From Eledone cirrhosa (lineage: Eukaryota): 64,000 nt of DNA. Below are positions 14,316 to 29,974 of the stretch, in pieces (the stretch's first letter is position 1; the number at the start of each line of letters is the position of its first letter). A program made the translations under genes and the position numbers. Under the pieces are notes generated by a model. It searched no databases. It saw nothing but the letters and a program-made list of their open reading frames with translations, and was not told where the DNA came from. The stretch covers positions 2,356,001 to 2,420,000 of the forward strand of contig OZ024749.1 of the NCBI GenBank assembly GCA_964016885.1, written 5' to 3'.

Positions 14316-14316
<1 letters not shown>

Positions 14317-14394
<78 letters not shown>

Positions 14395-14425
14395 CATCTA
14401 TCTATCTATCTATCTATCTATCTAT
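14317..14425. repeat. (TCTA)n microsatellite
   Basis: Direct inspection. Confidence 0.97.
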
Positions 14426-14574
14426 TGTTATACTTGGGAAGGATCATATTTGTGTAATATTGCCAGAATTAATAACATATATATATGTTAATAATTATAT
14501 ATATATATACATGAATTATCATCAATATATATATGACTTTAGACCAGCAGACCACATCCCCAGCATATACAATG

Positions 14575-14663
<89 letters not shown>

Positions 14664-14889
14664 GTGTGTCGGCGCGCGGTCCTGTGTGCGTGACTGGCTG
14701 GAAGACAGTGTCTACTCTTCAAGAAGCTAAAACATGTTTCTAAATCTACACAGAGCATCACAACTGCTCTCAATATTGTAATGTTGGAAATGTATGCCAC
14801 TATATTACTCTTTAATTATCCCTTATCTATTCATGTATTCAAAAAATTATCTCAAAATTTTTGTGAATATAATTAAATATTTGGCCTTC

Positions 14890-15325
14890 CTTTCTCTCTC
14901 ACTCTATCTCTCTCACTCTCTCCCACTCTCTCAGTCTCTCTCACGCTTCATTTCTCTCTCTTCCATTCTCTCTCTCACTCTCTCTCATTCTCGCACTCTT
15001 CATTTCTCTCACTCTCTCACACTCGATCACTCTCTCACTCTCTCTCATTCTCGCACTCTCTCTCACTCTTCATCTCTCATTCTCTCTCACTCTCTCTCAT
15101 TCTTTCTCACTCTTCATTTCTCTCACTCTCTCACACTCGCTCACTCTCTCACTCTCTCTTACTCTCTCTCACTCTCTCACTATCTCTCACTCTCTCACTC
15201 TTCATCTCTCTCTCTCTCTCACTCTTCATCTCTCTCTCTCAATCTTCATCTCTCTCTCTCAATCTCTCTCACTCTCTCACTCTCTCTCACTCTTCATTTC
15301 TCTCTCTCTCTCTCTATCTCTCACT
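14890..15325. repeat. CT-rich compound repeat (tctcac units)
   Basis: Direct inspection. Confidence 0.9.
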
Positions 15326-15531
15326 TTCCCCACTCCATCCTTCCCTCTCGCTGTTCCTATTTCTTTCTATATTCTATTTGCTCCTTCTTCTCCTCGTCTC
15401 TGCTACAATATCACGTGGTTTCCTCTCTCCCTTTCATCCTCCAATCAATAACGAGCCAAACTCTTTGAATACCGAATATCTATCATGACTTCATCTTTGC
15501 ATATATCTATCAGTCTATTAGTCTGCCTTCT

Positions 15532-15637
<106 letters not shown>

Positions 15638-16390
15638 TGTATGAAAGTATATATATTTGTATGTTAATAAGTATGTCTGTATGGATGTATCTGTCTATAC
15701 ACCTAATCGTCTGTCTATCCAGTTATCGATTCAGTAGTTTCCATTAACATCTTAAGACGTCTACCTACCTGTGTTTCCTGTCACATTCCCGTAGCAAAGG
15801 AAATCCACAGCTACCTATCTACCCCTGAACCAACCAGTCTCATGATGTCTTACCTGCATACCCCTCTTACTTATCACCTTATTTACCTATCTATTCACAT
15901 AACACATCGCCTCATGTCTATCCCTTTCAAGTATTTCAATTAAACGTGTATATACTGATGCAAAGGCTGCGATTTGGCAGTCATTAAAATGTCGGCTAGA
16001 ATACTTTATAGCTTTGTTCCGGCTCTCAACGCTCTAATTTCAAATATAACTCATTTTTCGTTGTCGATAAGAATATACCACTCTGGTTCTAGGGTTGATT
16101 CCCATATCTTCTGTACCAATATCTCCTTCTTTAGTAGAAATCATTTATGTTCAGACCTGGAGGGAAGATAGACTCCACCAGCTTTTAAAAAGAGTCCAAT
16201 GAACACCACATGTTGCTACAGCAACCCCAAGACTCAATCAGGAGTTACGGTTACATACATAGATATATTTATGTGCGCTCTCTCTCTCACTCATTTCATC
16301 ACATGTTTTTATTGCTCACAGCCAAAATGTATGATTTACGTCACCCTCTCTTTTAAAGTAGACAAGTTAGTTGCAACATTCTGTCTTACC

Positions 16391-16523
16391 TCATTCGTTA
16401 CCATATTTCTATCCTACCCCATTCGTTACCATATTTCTATCCTACCCCATTCGTTACCATATTTCTATCCTACCCCATTCGTTACCATATTTCTATCCTA
16501 CCCCATTCGTTACCATATTTCTA
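16391..16523. repeat. 28-bp minisatellite (ccccattcgttaccatatttctatccta), about 5 copies
   Basis: Exact period 28. Confidence 0.92.
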
Positions 16524-16742
16524 TTTGCAATCGTGAAGTTGTGAGTTCAAATCACGGACGAGGTGGTACGTTGTATCCTTGAACAAGACATTTTACTTCA
16601 CGTTGCTTTTTCTGTCAGGAGTTGCAACCGGTCGATAGTATCAGCAATGGAAAACCTGATGGAAACATTGTTTCCTTGGTCCGATTTGACGAGTTCCACC
16701 CCACTCAGCAAGCGAATGTCGCCTGGGATCGTGTTGATCGGT
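16524..16742 (+). mobile_element. CORE-type SINE family S2, 5' truncated
   Basis: gagttcaaatc B-box, ccttgaacaagacattt CORE-like motif; matches 42317-42540. Confidence 0.75.
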
Positions 16743-17244
16743 CAGAGTGAGAGAGAATGATGAAAGGTGAAGTTTAACTGGGTCGGGTTTGAACTGAGAA
16801 TGTCAAGTGCTAGAATAAATACCACACAGTATTTTATCCACAGCTCTACCGATTCTGACAATCCATAAACTTCCAAATAGCTCGTAATATGACTAACATA
16901 CTGAACAATATCTATACATAAATCTGAGCGGCATCCGTCCGTCACACAATGTATGTGTGTGTGGGAATGTATATGTGTGCAAAAAAGAAGGCAGGGGATG
17001 GTGAAAAAAAAAAACGATAGCAAAATATCGGCTGGCGTTCCATTTGTTATGCTGTGTGTGAGTGTATGTGTATGTGTGTGTTTGTGTATGTGTGTGTTTG
17101 TATAAATGTGTGTTTGTGTGAATGTATGTGTTTGCTTGTGTAAATAAATGTGTATTTGTGTGAATATATACATCTGTGAGTGTATATTGTTGTGTGTTTG
17201 CGCGTTTTTATTTAAATACTAATACATATAAATGTATGCATATG

Positions 17245-17282
<38 letters not shown>

Positions 17283-18490
17283 CACACATATATGCACACA
17301 TACACACATACACACGCACACACACATATATATATATATATACACACACATATATATATATACACACATATATATACACACACACATATATATGCACACA
17401 CACATACGTATCAGCTTGTTGTAAAATGTTCTAGACTAATAATTGTTCTGACGTAGAATTACGGTGGAATGGTTTCAGATAAATATAAACATTTTAAAGT
17501 AAATATTTCTGTATTTTAAAAGCTGGCGGATGTTTCAGGCAGATTGGTATGAAAGAGTTGTTTGACTGATGTTTGAATTGGTAGAGTCGCTAGTCATAAG
17601 CCTGGATAACACCAATATCTGTCAATTAAGTAGCATTCAGTAATTGGTTGATATAATATTTTATTTTATTAATCCTCCAAGAGAAGGAGAGAGAATCAGA
17701 TTGGTAGATATGTGAAACGAGAACTGAACGAGACTAGAGAAGTAAATACAGCTTTGTATTATATTTGACACTGGCAAGAGTTTCCGTATCAACCACCTAT
17801 ATATGGAAATAATTAAATATACAGATGATGTAATATAATCGATATTTTACACCACCGACATCTGTGATTGATTGTTCATATGAGATATCGATGTCGGATA
17901 AAAATTGGATTTATCGCTCTGCGACATTTCAATAAGTAAATTATCGATAGCACTAACACAGTGTGATTCAAAATAAAGGCCTATGTGAACCTATATACTC
18001 TACATAGAGTCCTCAGATTCAGATATTTTGCAATTATTATATGTGGTTAACACGTAAACACCTTGGGTTACGTTAAGAATACATACAGCTGTGTATATAA
18101 AGGTCCCATTGAGATCCTACGTCACAACCTAAACGATAAAAAGCGCAAAATAAAAATGCGAGTGTTTTCATAGGAAGGGACTAACTATGTAAGAATATGC
18201 CTGGAAGATTATTCAACAAAACTTAAAGTTAGATTAGAGATGTGAACCATTCAATATAAACTATTGAAGTGCTGGGTAATACGAAATACTGTTTAGAAGA
18301 TGTTGGAATTGAACCACAGGACGGATTGGAAGAACAGTTGAGTGTTATATATTATAACAGAGAAAATCGGCCACAGCGAAAAAAAATCCGTATCCCTTGA
18401 CTTTCCCCGAGTATTCTAACCGTAGAATTGAGTTGAGCGACCTCTGGCAAACTTCGTTTCTCTCTCTCTCTGTATATATATATATATATA

Positions 18491-18680
18491 GGAAAATGTA
18501 TGACCCCGACGGCAGAACTCAAGCCATTTCGACGGCTATTTCTGGACTGAATAGCCGTCGAAACGGCTTGAGCTCTGCCGTCGGGGTCATATATTTTCCT
18601 ATTATCCACTCTACTACCCTAAGTATTGAGTACTCTGGTGCGTTATGGTCCATCTGGTTCCTTACCACAACTCCTTCGTT
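18491..18680 (+). mobile_element. fold-back element family A
   Basis: Palindrome 18491-18599 plus attgagtactctgg tail, flanked by TA. Confidence 0.85.
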
Positions 18681-18726
18681 ATATATATAAATATATATAT
18701 ATAAACATAAATATATATATATATAT

Positions 18727-18940
18727 ATCGATCAACTTTCGTCAAATCGGACCGACGAAACAATACTTCCATCGCTCTTTCCAATTGCTAATACTATCTA
18801 TTGGTCGCAACTCCAGGTAGAAGGTGCAAAGTGAAATAGAGTGTCTTGCTCAAGGACATAACGCATCACCCAGTCGAAGAATCGAACTCACAACCTTACT
18901 ATTGCAAATCCCATTCTCTAACTACTCTGCCATGCGCCAT
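18727..18940 (-). mobile_element. CORE-type SINE family S2
   Basis: Reverse complement of 42317-42540 (gtgtcttgctcaagga; aatcgaactc; ctaactactctgcca). Confidence 0.8.
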
Positions 18941-19013
18941 CACACACATGCACACGTAATATATTATTCTGATGCACAAGAAAAGGAATATATATATATA
19001 TATATATATATAA

Positions 19014-19194
19014 AACGGAGGAAATGTGGGAAGGAACCAGGTGGACCATAACGCACCAAAATACTCAATACTTAGGGTAGTAGAGTGGGTAATAGGAACG
19101 AGTAGGACACCGACGGCTGAGCTCAAGCCGTTTCGACGTCCAGAATTAGCCGTCGAAACGGGTTGAGCTCAGCCGTCGGGGTCCTACTCGTTCC
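19014..19194 (-). mobile_element. fold-back element family A
   Basis: Tail at left, palindrome 19095-19194. Confidence 0.85.
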
Positions 19195-19285
19195 TATATA
19201 TATATATATATATATAAAAATGAAAAGAATAGAAATTATTGTGAGCAAGAAGCCAACAGTATTCCATAATATATATATGTACATA

Positions 19286-19327
<42 letters not shown>

Positions 19328-19834
19328 TAGATTTCTGTAAAAGTTGGTATTCTTAACGTTGTTGTCAAAATATCACTTATTTCCCTTACAGTTACTTAAG
19401 CTTGATGGATCGGTTGTGAAAAAAATATATATTAAATATAATATTTCAACAGGAATGGTGGGTAACAGTAAAAAAAATCTCATTTGTTTTACTTTGTGTC
19501 ACAATCTTGATTTATCGAGTGTATTTATAGAGGCGTGTGAGTCCTGCTAGAGAAACACATAGTTTAACGTTAACGATGTGTGTTCACGATCATTTTCTTA
19601 TAAGCTTTCATATCTTTCCTGACTAATATAAACTTTCCTCGCCATATTTCTTACAAAAGTCTCTCACTGTGGATTTTGTAAATAAATTTGAAAATAATAA
19701 ATTTAGAAAAATAACTTTTCTCATTTCGAAGTCGGTGTTTGGATTGTAATGAAGGTTGTAACATAAAATGATGTTAGAATATAGACAGTTTAGTAGCATA
19801 GAACCAGCGGGGGGAGGGGGTGTATAAGGGAAGT

Positions 19835-21262
19835 GTAGCCTACATGGGGCGGTGGAGTGGTACATTACATGGGGAGGTGGGCGTAGACTACATGGGGAGT
19901 TGGTGTAGACTACATGGGGAGGTGATGTAGACTACATGGGGAGGAAGGGTAGCTTACATGGGGAGGAAGGGTAGACTACATGGGGTGGTGGTGTAGACTA
20001 CATGGGGAGGTGATGTAGACTACATGGGGAGGAAGGGTAGCTTACATGGGGAGGAAGGGTAGACTACATGGGGTGGTGGTGTAGACTACATGGGGAGGCG
20101 GTGTAGATTACATGGTGAGGTGGTGTAGATTACATGGGGAGGAAGGGTAGACTACATGGGGTGGTGGTGTAGACTACATGGGGAGGCGGTGTAGACTACA
20201 TGGTGAGGTGGTGTAGACTACATGGGGAGGAAGGGTAGACTACATGGGGAGGCGGTGTAGACTACATGGGGAGGTGGTGTAGACTACATGGGGAGGAAGG
20301 GTAGTTTACATGGGGAGGAAGGGTAGACTACATGGGGTGGTGGTGTAGACTACATGGGGAGGTGATGTAGACTACATGGGGAGGAAGGGTAGCTTACATG
20401 GGGAGGAAGGGTAGACTACATGGGGAGGCGGTGTAAATTACATGGTGAGGTGGTGTAGACTACATGGGGAGGTGATGTAGACTACATGGGGAGGAAGGGT
20501 AGTTTACATGGGGAGGAAGGGTAGACTACATGGGGGGGGGTGTAGACTACATGGGGAGGTGGTGTAGATTACATGTGGAGGAAGGGTAGTTTACATGGGG
20601 AGGAAGGGTAGACTACATGGGGGGGGGGGGGTGTAGACTACATGGGGAGGTGGTGTAGATTACATGTGGAGGAAGGGTAGACTACATGGGGAGGTGGTGT
20701 AGACTACATGGGGAGGTGGTGTAGATTACATGTGGAGTAGGGGTAGACTACATGTGGAGGTGATGTAGCCTACATGGGGAGGTGTAGACTACATGTTGAG
20801 GAGGGGTAGACTACATTGGGAGGTGGTGTAGAGTACATGGTGAGGAGGGGTAGACTACATTGGGAGGTGGTGTAGAGTACATGGTGAGGAGGGGTAGACT
20901 ACATGTGGAGGTGATGTAGCCTACATGGGGAGGTGTAGACTACATGTTGAGGAGGGGTAGACTACATTGGGAGGTGGTGTAGAGTACATGGTGAGGAGGG
21001 GTACACTACATGGGGAGGTGGTGTAGACTACATGGTGAGGTGGTGTAGATTACATGTGGAGTAGGGGTAGACTACATGTGGAGGTGATGTAGCCTACATG
21101 GGGAGGTGTAGACTACATGTTGAGGAGGGGTAGACTACATTGGGAGGTGGTGTAGAGTACATGGTGAGGAGGGGTAGACTACATTGGGAGGTGGTGTAGA
21201 CTACATGGTGAGGAGGGTAGACTACATGGGGTGGTGTATACTACATGGGGAGGAACAGATTA
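19835..21262. repeat. about 22-bp G-rich minisatellite (gtagactacatggggaggtggt), about 60+ copies
   Basis: Direct inspection; variant units recur in blocks. Confidence 0.97.
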
Positions 21263-21554
21263 CATATACCGCTTATATACCACATGGGAAAGCAGCATGA
21301 CTGAACATTGAAATAGTGTATGAAAATATTCTAGTGTAATACGACGTTAGAAATAGCAGCCAAAAACTAAATCAGCTTAAAACAATGAAGGAGTGACGGT
21401 GGTGAGACGGAGAAGAAGACTAATGATGTGAGTTTCAGATATATGGGGAGATGTAGAGTGGTTAGAGAGATGTGTAAAATACTGAATGTGGTGCAAGGAG
21501 GTTAGGGCCGAAACCACTTGACACCACGGTCGGGATTTTACATATCTCTGTGTT

Positions 21555-21640
<86 letters not shown>

Positions 21641-21678
21641 TACACATATATATATATATATTTATATATATTATAATT

Positions 21679-22028
21679 GAGGGCGGCTGCCCGCGTTAGA
21701 AGGTGCTAAATGTTCGGTCGCCCTCATGTCTCTGATCTTCATCAGCACCATGGATGTTGTCTATTATATTCCTCTGTTATATTTCGAATACCTGATGATG
21801 TCACCTGTTTCATACTGAACCCGGTCATTGAAATAATCATAGTTTAATAAACCTGTTAAGGAATTCCACCAGTCCAGCCTCCTGTTATTTTATAATAATT
21901 AACTCCGTACTCGCACCACCAACTGCACAAACAAACCCTGGTGAGCCGCATTACGTCGAGTGCTCTCCCTAATATTACATCGAGGTGGAATGACCAGATC
22001 TATCCGGTGGTGAACCAACAAACCTAAA
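21679..22028 (+). mobile_element. family C HHR element; degenerate HHR at 21788-21845
   Basis: Homologous to 32998-33391; atacCTGATGA...GAAAtaatcATAgt; tail gtcgagtgctctcc...aaccaacaaacctaaa(TA)n. Confidence 0.8.
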
Positions 22029-22088
22029 TATAAATATATATATATTTATATATATATTTAAATAAATATTTATATAAATATATATATT

Positions 22089-22119
<31 letters not shown>

Positions 22120-22269
22120 TTATATATACATATATTTATATATATATTTATATATATATATATATAAATATATATATATTTATATATAAATATATATATT
22201 TATATATAAATATAAATATAAATATATATATATATATAAATATATATATATATATGTATATATATATAA

Positions 22270-22341
<72 letters not shown>

Positions 22342-22345
<4 letters not shown>

Positions 22346-22725
22346 CATGAATCAAAGTTCTGTTTAAACCATTTATTCGCTTACAATTGTTTCTTCCAAA
22401 CCGAGGTTTGGAGTCTTCGGAGCAATTTTTCAATGATTTTTTTACATACAAGTATGTAAAAAATCATTGAAAATTTGCTCCGAAGACTTCAAATCTCCGT
22501 TTGGAAGAAACAATTGTAAGCGAATAAATGGTTTAAACAGAACTTTGATTCATGTAATTTCTATATAACTGCTCTGTAGAACAACTGATGTTGTTACATT
22601 GAGCTATTTATCTTACTGGTAATAAGGTAGTAATAAATTACTGCCTTTCACTATTTAGGGTTTAAAATATATATAACTATAACAGGTTTTAGTATATACA
22701 TAACCATAAATAGTATCCTTAATAC
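22342..22725 (+). mobile_element. fold-back element, about 108-bp arms, HHR in each arm
   Basis: Centre tttacatac-aa-gtatgtaaa at about 22450; tail hairpin gctctgtagaacaac-tgat-gttgttacattgagc. Confidence 0.85.
22475..22523 (+). ncRNA. hammerhead motif (CCGAAGA, U4C variant); mirror copy 22377-22425 (-)
   Basis: ttgct CCGAAGA cttcaaa..tttggaa GAAAC AATT GTA agcga. Confidence 0.7.
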
Positions 22726-23762
<1,037 letters not shown>

Positions 23763-23984
23763 CTGCCTAATTATGGTAGATGTCAATGATTGGTGTTACA
23801 TATGCCAGAAACTATCTCGTCGATGATCCGAGAAAGTGACGTTACTGTGAAGTAGCCTTCATTTCTCACACTTCAAATATATCGTTCACTGATATGTTGT
23901 TATCACCACCATCACCACCACCATCACCATCACCATTCTCACCATCATCATCATCGTCATCACGTTATTCACTACATATTAGTC

Positions 23985-23992
23985 ATCTACTA

Positions 23993-24059
<67 letters not shown>

Positions 24060-24178
24060 AAATACTGCTACTACTACTACTACTACTACTAGTGTCACTA
24101 CTAGTACTACTACTATTACTACTAGTGTCACTACTACTACTATTACTACTACTACTCCTACTACTACTATTACTACTG

Positions 24179-24215
<37 letters not shown>

Positions 24216-24216
24216 G

Positions 24217-24251
<35 letters not shown>

Positions 24252-24436
24252 AAATACTGCTGCTACTACTACTACTACTAGTGTCACTACTAGTACTACT
24301 ACTATTACTACTAGTGTCACTACTACTACTATTACTACTACTACTCCTACTACTACTATTACTACTGCTACTACTACCACTACTACTACTGCTACTACTA
24401 ATATTACTACTACTACTACTGCTACTACTGCTACTG

Positions 24437-24488
<52 letters not shown>

Positions 24489-24534
24489 CACCACCACCGC
24501 CACCACCACCACCACCACCACCACCACCACCACC

Positions 24535-24608
<74 letters not shown>

Positions 24609-24612
24609 CAAC
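23985..24612. repeat. (CTA)n/(CCA)n trinucleotide repeat with internal duplication
   Basis: Source of the poly-L and poly-V pseudo-ORFs. Confidence 0.97.
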
Positions 24613-25389
24613 ACCATATTTATGGAGTTTTTAATCACGTACAGATCTTTTTGTCTTTCTTTGATTCTCTTTCTCTCCCACTATCCCTCTCTCTTGTCGG
24701 CCTACTCTATCCCTCTTTCTTCCCCCTTTCCTTATATATATATATATCCCGCTTTCCTAGCATACTTCTCTCCCTCCATCTCCCTCGCTGTTTGTCTCCA
24801 AATCTCTCTCACCATCACCCCGTCATATTACCTCCCCCCGCTCCCTCTTATCGATACCAATCTCAGTATTTACGGTTAGCTTGAAAAGATATGTCGATCA
24901 AATTCCATCAGATTACAAACATGTATTGCACAGAAATCTAAAAAGTATATTGACAATAATAACACCAATAACAAAAATAATAATATAATAATAATACGCA
25001 GAGTGATAAACATAAATGTATTAAGATATTTTTAAAAATAAGACTCATAATGACAATATGAACAACAACAATAATAACACAAAAGAAAAACATTAATATT
25101 AGTTATAAAACATAAATATGAAAGGAAAATGAAGGAATTATTTTTATTAACATCGTAAAACATAAACCATTAGAAACGACGAAAGAAAGGAGCGAGAGAG
25201 AGAGAGGAAGAGGAAGGGAGAGGGAGGGGGATATAGATAGAGGGGGAGAGGAGATATAGGCAGGGGGAGGGGGAGAGAGAAATAGAAACAGCAACAATAT
25301 AAGAATGAAAATTATTATGAAGAATAAATTGTAGAAAGGAAAGAAGTATTTGGATAGTGATGTGAGATTGACTGGGAGTTATATAATAA

Positions 25390-25578
25390 CTGTTTCTATT
25401 TTGGCACAAGGCCAGCAATAACCCCAGTGTATTACTGGTACTTTATTTTATCGACCCCGTAAGGATGAAAGGCAAAGTTAACCTCGGCGTGATTTGAACT
25501 CAGAATGGCAAGGGCCCTAACTCAATGCGCCAAAGCATGGCGTCCTACCCTCTACCGATACTGCCAATCCACCGCCCT
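25390..25578 (-). mobile_element. SINE family S1, full length, with TSD-like flanks
   Basis: Flanks gagttatataataac / gagttatatataataac. Confidence 0.88.
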
Positions 25579-26277
25579 GAGAGTTATATAATAATAACAT
25601 TTGTACTGCCTCATCGTTTTTCTGTTTTTTTGTTCTCTGTGTACTTTTTAAAACACTGTGTCATCCACAACACTGGCGCAGAACAAAATACCTGTTGATA
25701 ACGTGATATTCCTTGTTCGATCATTATACCAAAAGCTTATTGTTTTAAGCAGACAGTATTATTGATTTAGGTGTCACAGAAACCCTGTACTGGATTATAC
25801 CATCAATTCCAGGGTTCCGGGTGAATATGTCATTTATTTTGTCTGACCCGTTTAGCTTGACTCGTTTTTTGGCTTAGGTGTTTAATGGCTTCTTAACCGC
25901 CTTCTCAGTATGTATCGCCTTTATAACCTATGTTTATTGCTCTAGTCTTTTAGCCCATGGAGCGCTTGCCAGCATGACTCGGAATTTGCGTTGCGTTTCG
26001 CTTTTTCTACCCGCCGAAATGCGATTCTCACTGAATTTATATTTGAATTTATATATATATATATATATTGATGTGAGATTGACTATGAGTTATATATATA
26101 TATATATTTATATATACGAGAGACAGTAAAAAAACAAGAGGGGCAGAAAGAAGGGAATAACTCCCTGAAAGTTATATTAAAAAAACACACGAATGGAAAG
26201 AAGAAAATGGAAGATTGAAGGATACCGTGGATGGGATATCTTAATGGTTTGTATATCTTACTGAGAAGAAACGGCCA

Positions 26278-26354
<77 letters not shown>

Positions 26355-26357
26355 ATA

Positions 26358-26593
26358 CTACAACGGGTCCGACGAGCCGCAGATTAGAGAGTCGGGTAAG
26401 ATCGATACAAATCAAACCTTGAGCCGATCAGTGGCGAAACGCGCGTCACCAACCAATAAATGTAATGAAGGAGTAACTAATTGTCCTTGTTATCTTTTCA
26501 CTATAATACACTCTGTCTAGCTCTACACATCGACACTGAAGTGAACCTAAATATGGAGTGCTCACCCGGGTGAACCTACAGTAACTCCCTGGA
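26358..26593 (+). mobile_element. HHR element with tail, in (TA)n
   Basis: HHR followed by aataaa and tail cactc...ggagtgctc, ending at (TA)n. Confidence 0.7.
26366..26450 (+). ncRNA. hammerhead motif (CCGACGA variant, long loop II)
   Basis: ggt CCGACGA gccgc...gtggc GAAAC GCGC GTC acc. Confidence 0.7.
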
Positions 26594-26869
26594 TATATAT
26601 ATATATATATATCCAGGGAGTTACACACACATATATATATATATCTTATATATACGTATATATATATATATACGTATCTTATTCGTTTTTTCCCGTTCTT
26701 TGCCAGCGAACGTTTCCACGAACCAAAGTATCGTTTTCCTGTCTTCCTCCGGTTGCAACGTTTTTTGAAATATCCAGTTCTGCGTTTACAGATTGACTTT
26801 GTTAGTTTCAGAAGATCCCGTTAAGGGTGAAAGCAGCGATTCTTTGCTTAAACTTAATCTGTTATTTTA

Positions 26870-27025
<156 letters not shown>

Positions 27026-27032
27026 GTATATA

Positions 27033-27120
27033 ATATCCCGATAGAATTCGGGAGGTGACACTCTCAAGAAAGGTACTCAATACGTTAAAACGATTGAAAC
27101 AATTCTTGTCCTGTAGAAAT
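27033..27120. mobile_element. family B remnant
   Basis: Inverted tail aaggtactcaatac followed by gaaacaattcttgtcctgtagaa, homologous to 30747-30769. Confidence 0.6.
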
Positions 27121-27604
27121 AATTCCTGGATTAAAACGAATATATAGAGGGGGGCGGGGTGTTGATAGATTGTAGAGAAATAGGTGAGAAGAAGAAGAGG
27201 GGAGGGAGAAGGTGTAGGAGAGGAACGTGAAGTAGAAGTGATAAAAGGGGTGTGTAGTTGGTAGGGGAGTATTTGGCGGGGGTGTAGTTGGAAGGGGAGT
27301 AGTTGGAGAGGGGGGTGTTGGAGGGGCGGGGTGTATAGTTGGAGAGGGGTGTAGTTGGAGGGGTTGTGTGGTTGGAGGGGAAGGGTGTAGTTGGAGCGGG
27401 GTGCGATACCGGAAAAGAAAAGGAGGCCGCTTGATAGATTGCAGAAAAAGGAAGCTGGAAAATGTTCATACGCTTACATGTTGTGGAGTGTGTGTCTGTG
27501 CGTGTGTGTTTGTCACGCAGGCGTATGTGTGTGTGTTCGTGTGTGTATCTCACGTAAGCGTCTGTGTGTGTGTGTGTGACGCAGGCGTGTGTGTGTTTGT
27601 GCGA

Positions 27605-27642
<38 letters not shown>

Positions 27643-28024
27643 CGTTTTAGATATTATTGACGTGATTGTTTGAGAATCTTCAGTATATATGTCTGTAAGA
27701 CACACACATACATAGATATACACAGATACACACACATACATACGTATACACAGACACATTCACACACATAGAGACAAATACACATACTCACACACATACA
27801 CACACTGAAACATGTATGAACTGAGACAGAAAAAAGGAGAGAGTCAGACTGAATAATATAGAAAAGGAGATTCAATGATTTAATGTGATACAGAGAGGGG
27901 GAGAGAGAGAGAGAGAGAGGGGGGGGGAAGTGAGAGGGAAAGAGGGGTGAAAGAGAGAGAGAAGATAGTGAGAAGAAGATATAGAGATATAGAGAAAGAG
28001 GGAGATAGAGAAAGAGATATATGG

Positions 28025-28063
<39 letters not shown>

Positions 28064-28365
28064 TAGATAGAGAGATAGATAGAGATCAATAGAAATTAGA
28101 CTGGATGCAGAAGAAATATCTAGAATTTGCCCCCCCCCCCCTCCCCTCCCGCATCAACCCGCACCCTCTCACCCCCTATCACCTCCCCACGTATGTATAT
28201 TTGTATGTATTAATGTTTATAACATTAAAAAGTTAAGACAACAAAAAAGAAAGAACATTAAGATAGGAAATATTATCAAATAACTGTGGAGCTTAGGTTA
28301 GATGGTGGTGGTGGTGGTGGTGGTACTGTGGTGGCGGTGGTGGTGGTAGTGTTGTACGATGGTGG

Positions 28366-28437
28366 ATACCGTAAAGGGCCGTAACTCTTTGCCTGAAAAC
28401 ATGGCGTCCGACTCTCTAACGATACTGCCAATCCACC
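28366..28437 (-). mobile_element. SINE S1 head fragment
   Basis: cgtaaagggccgtaactc...atggcgtccgac...gatactgccaatccacc. Confidence 0.75.
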
Positions 28438-28642
28438 AGACTGTACAGAGGGTTATGTATCATACTTCCTTAAAAAGATGTTTGAAACAAATGTACACAC
28501 ACACACACACACACATACACAGACACACACACACACATATACACACATACACACACACACACACATACACACACACACACACATATATATATATAAGGAT
28601 CAACGGAAGCAGCGTTGCACTTTCAGTTACTTTAACACCATT

Positions 28643-29042
28643 TCAAACCTTGATATGCCCATGACGAGGCGACACTTCTTTCTTGACACGAGTCAAACCT
28701 TGATATGCCCATGACGAGGCGACACTTCTTTCTTGACACGAGTCAAACCTTGATATGCCCATGACGAGGCGACACTTCTTTCTTGACACGAGTCAAACCT
28801 TGATATGCCCATGACGAGGCGACACTTCTTTCTTGACACGAGTCAAACCTTGATATGCCCATGACGAGGCGACACTTCTTTCTTGACACGTGTCAAACCT
28901 TGATATGCCCATGACGAGGCGACAGTTCTTTCTTGACACGAGTCAAACCTTGATATGCCCATGACGAGGCGACACTTCTTTCTTGACACGAGTCAAACCT
29001 TGATATGCCCATGACGAGGCGACTCTTCTTTCTTGATACGAG
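28643..29042. repeat. 50-bp minisatellite, 8 near-identical copies
   Basis: tcaaaccttgatatgcccatgacgaggcgacacttctttcttgacacgag, period 50, no spacers. Confidence 0.97.
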
Positions 29043-29209
29043 AAAGGATATGCTGGTTTCCAACAATTACTGGTAGCTTTAGTATCTGATCACAGTGTAC
29101 AAACCAGCGGAAGATATATATTCATGTAGCTAATTACATAAATTTCTAGTAAATTTTTTGCAGACACTGTACAGGCTGTGCCATAAAAAGTGGGAAGAAA
29201 TAAAAAATA

Positions 29210-29500
29210 AATAATAGATATGAATGCTAGAAAAGTATTGGAGTACTATGAGCAAACCCAGCTTAATGACAAGAATAGAATAATGGGTATAAATGCATTA
29301 GCTCTCTCTGTTATAACCTACAGCTATAACATAATAAACTGGAAGTTAAGTGAAGTGAAATGCCAATACAGAGAGAAAACAACCCAACAAAGCACCCACG
29401 TATATATGGAATCCATCAACTCAAGTGCTTATGTAGATAAAATATAACTGGCAAGAATACATTGAGAGGCGGAAGAGTGGCTAATACAATAAGTGAACTA
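29210..29500 (+). pseudogene. highly degraded R4-like LINE fragment
   Basis: LNDKNRIMGINALALSVITYSYNIINWK resembles LNSRNAISAVNS.AVSIIRYSAGILRW of the 46.9-kb element. Confidence 0.55.
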
Positions 29501-29918
29501 TTAGAAAGAAGGGAAAATAAGAAATAGCCATAGAGAATTCTATTGGTGGAGAGTAATATCACAGAACCTTTTAGGATTTCAGGATCAAAAGGAATTGTAA
29601 ACTGGCTAAGAGGTTTTTAAGCAATCCATAGGATGCTAGTAGTGTGTCTGGATCTTTCAGAATATTTCGATATGAATAGAGGGCGGAAAAGAGAATAAAA
29701 CATCAGGGGGGAAAAAATAATATTACACACAAAAAATACTGACGGACCCCCCTCCCCCCACACTCACACACACATACACACATACACACATACAGACATA
29801 CACACACGTATAATTAGTTACATTCATCCAGCTTTCTCTCTCAGTCTCATATATATGTATATGTATATGTATATATATATATATACACATATATATATAC
29901 ATATACATATATATATAC

Positions 29919-29974
<56 letters not shown>

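Noticed and set aside
17800-18320. Possible ancient RLE-LINE 3' end
   Set aside because: Only vague similarity; needs a profile search
28643-29042. CRISPR-like appearance of the 50-bp array (also the 33-bp and 45-bp arrays)
   Set aside because: No unique spacers, no cas genes, eukaryotic context
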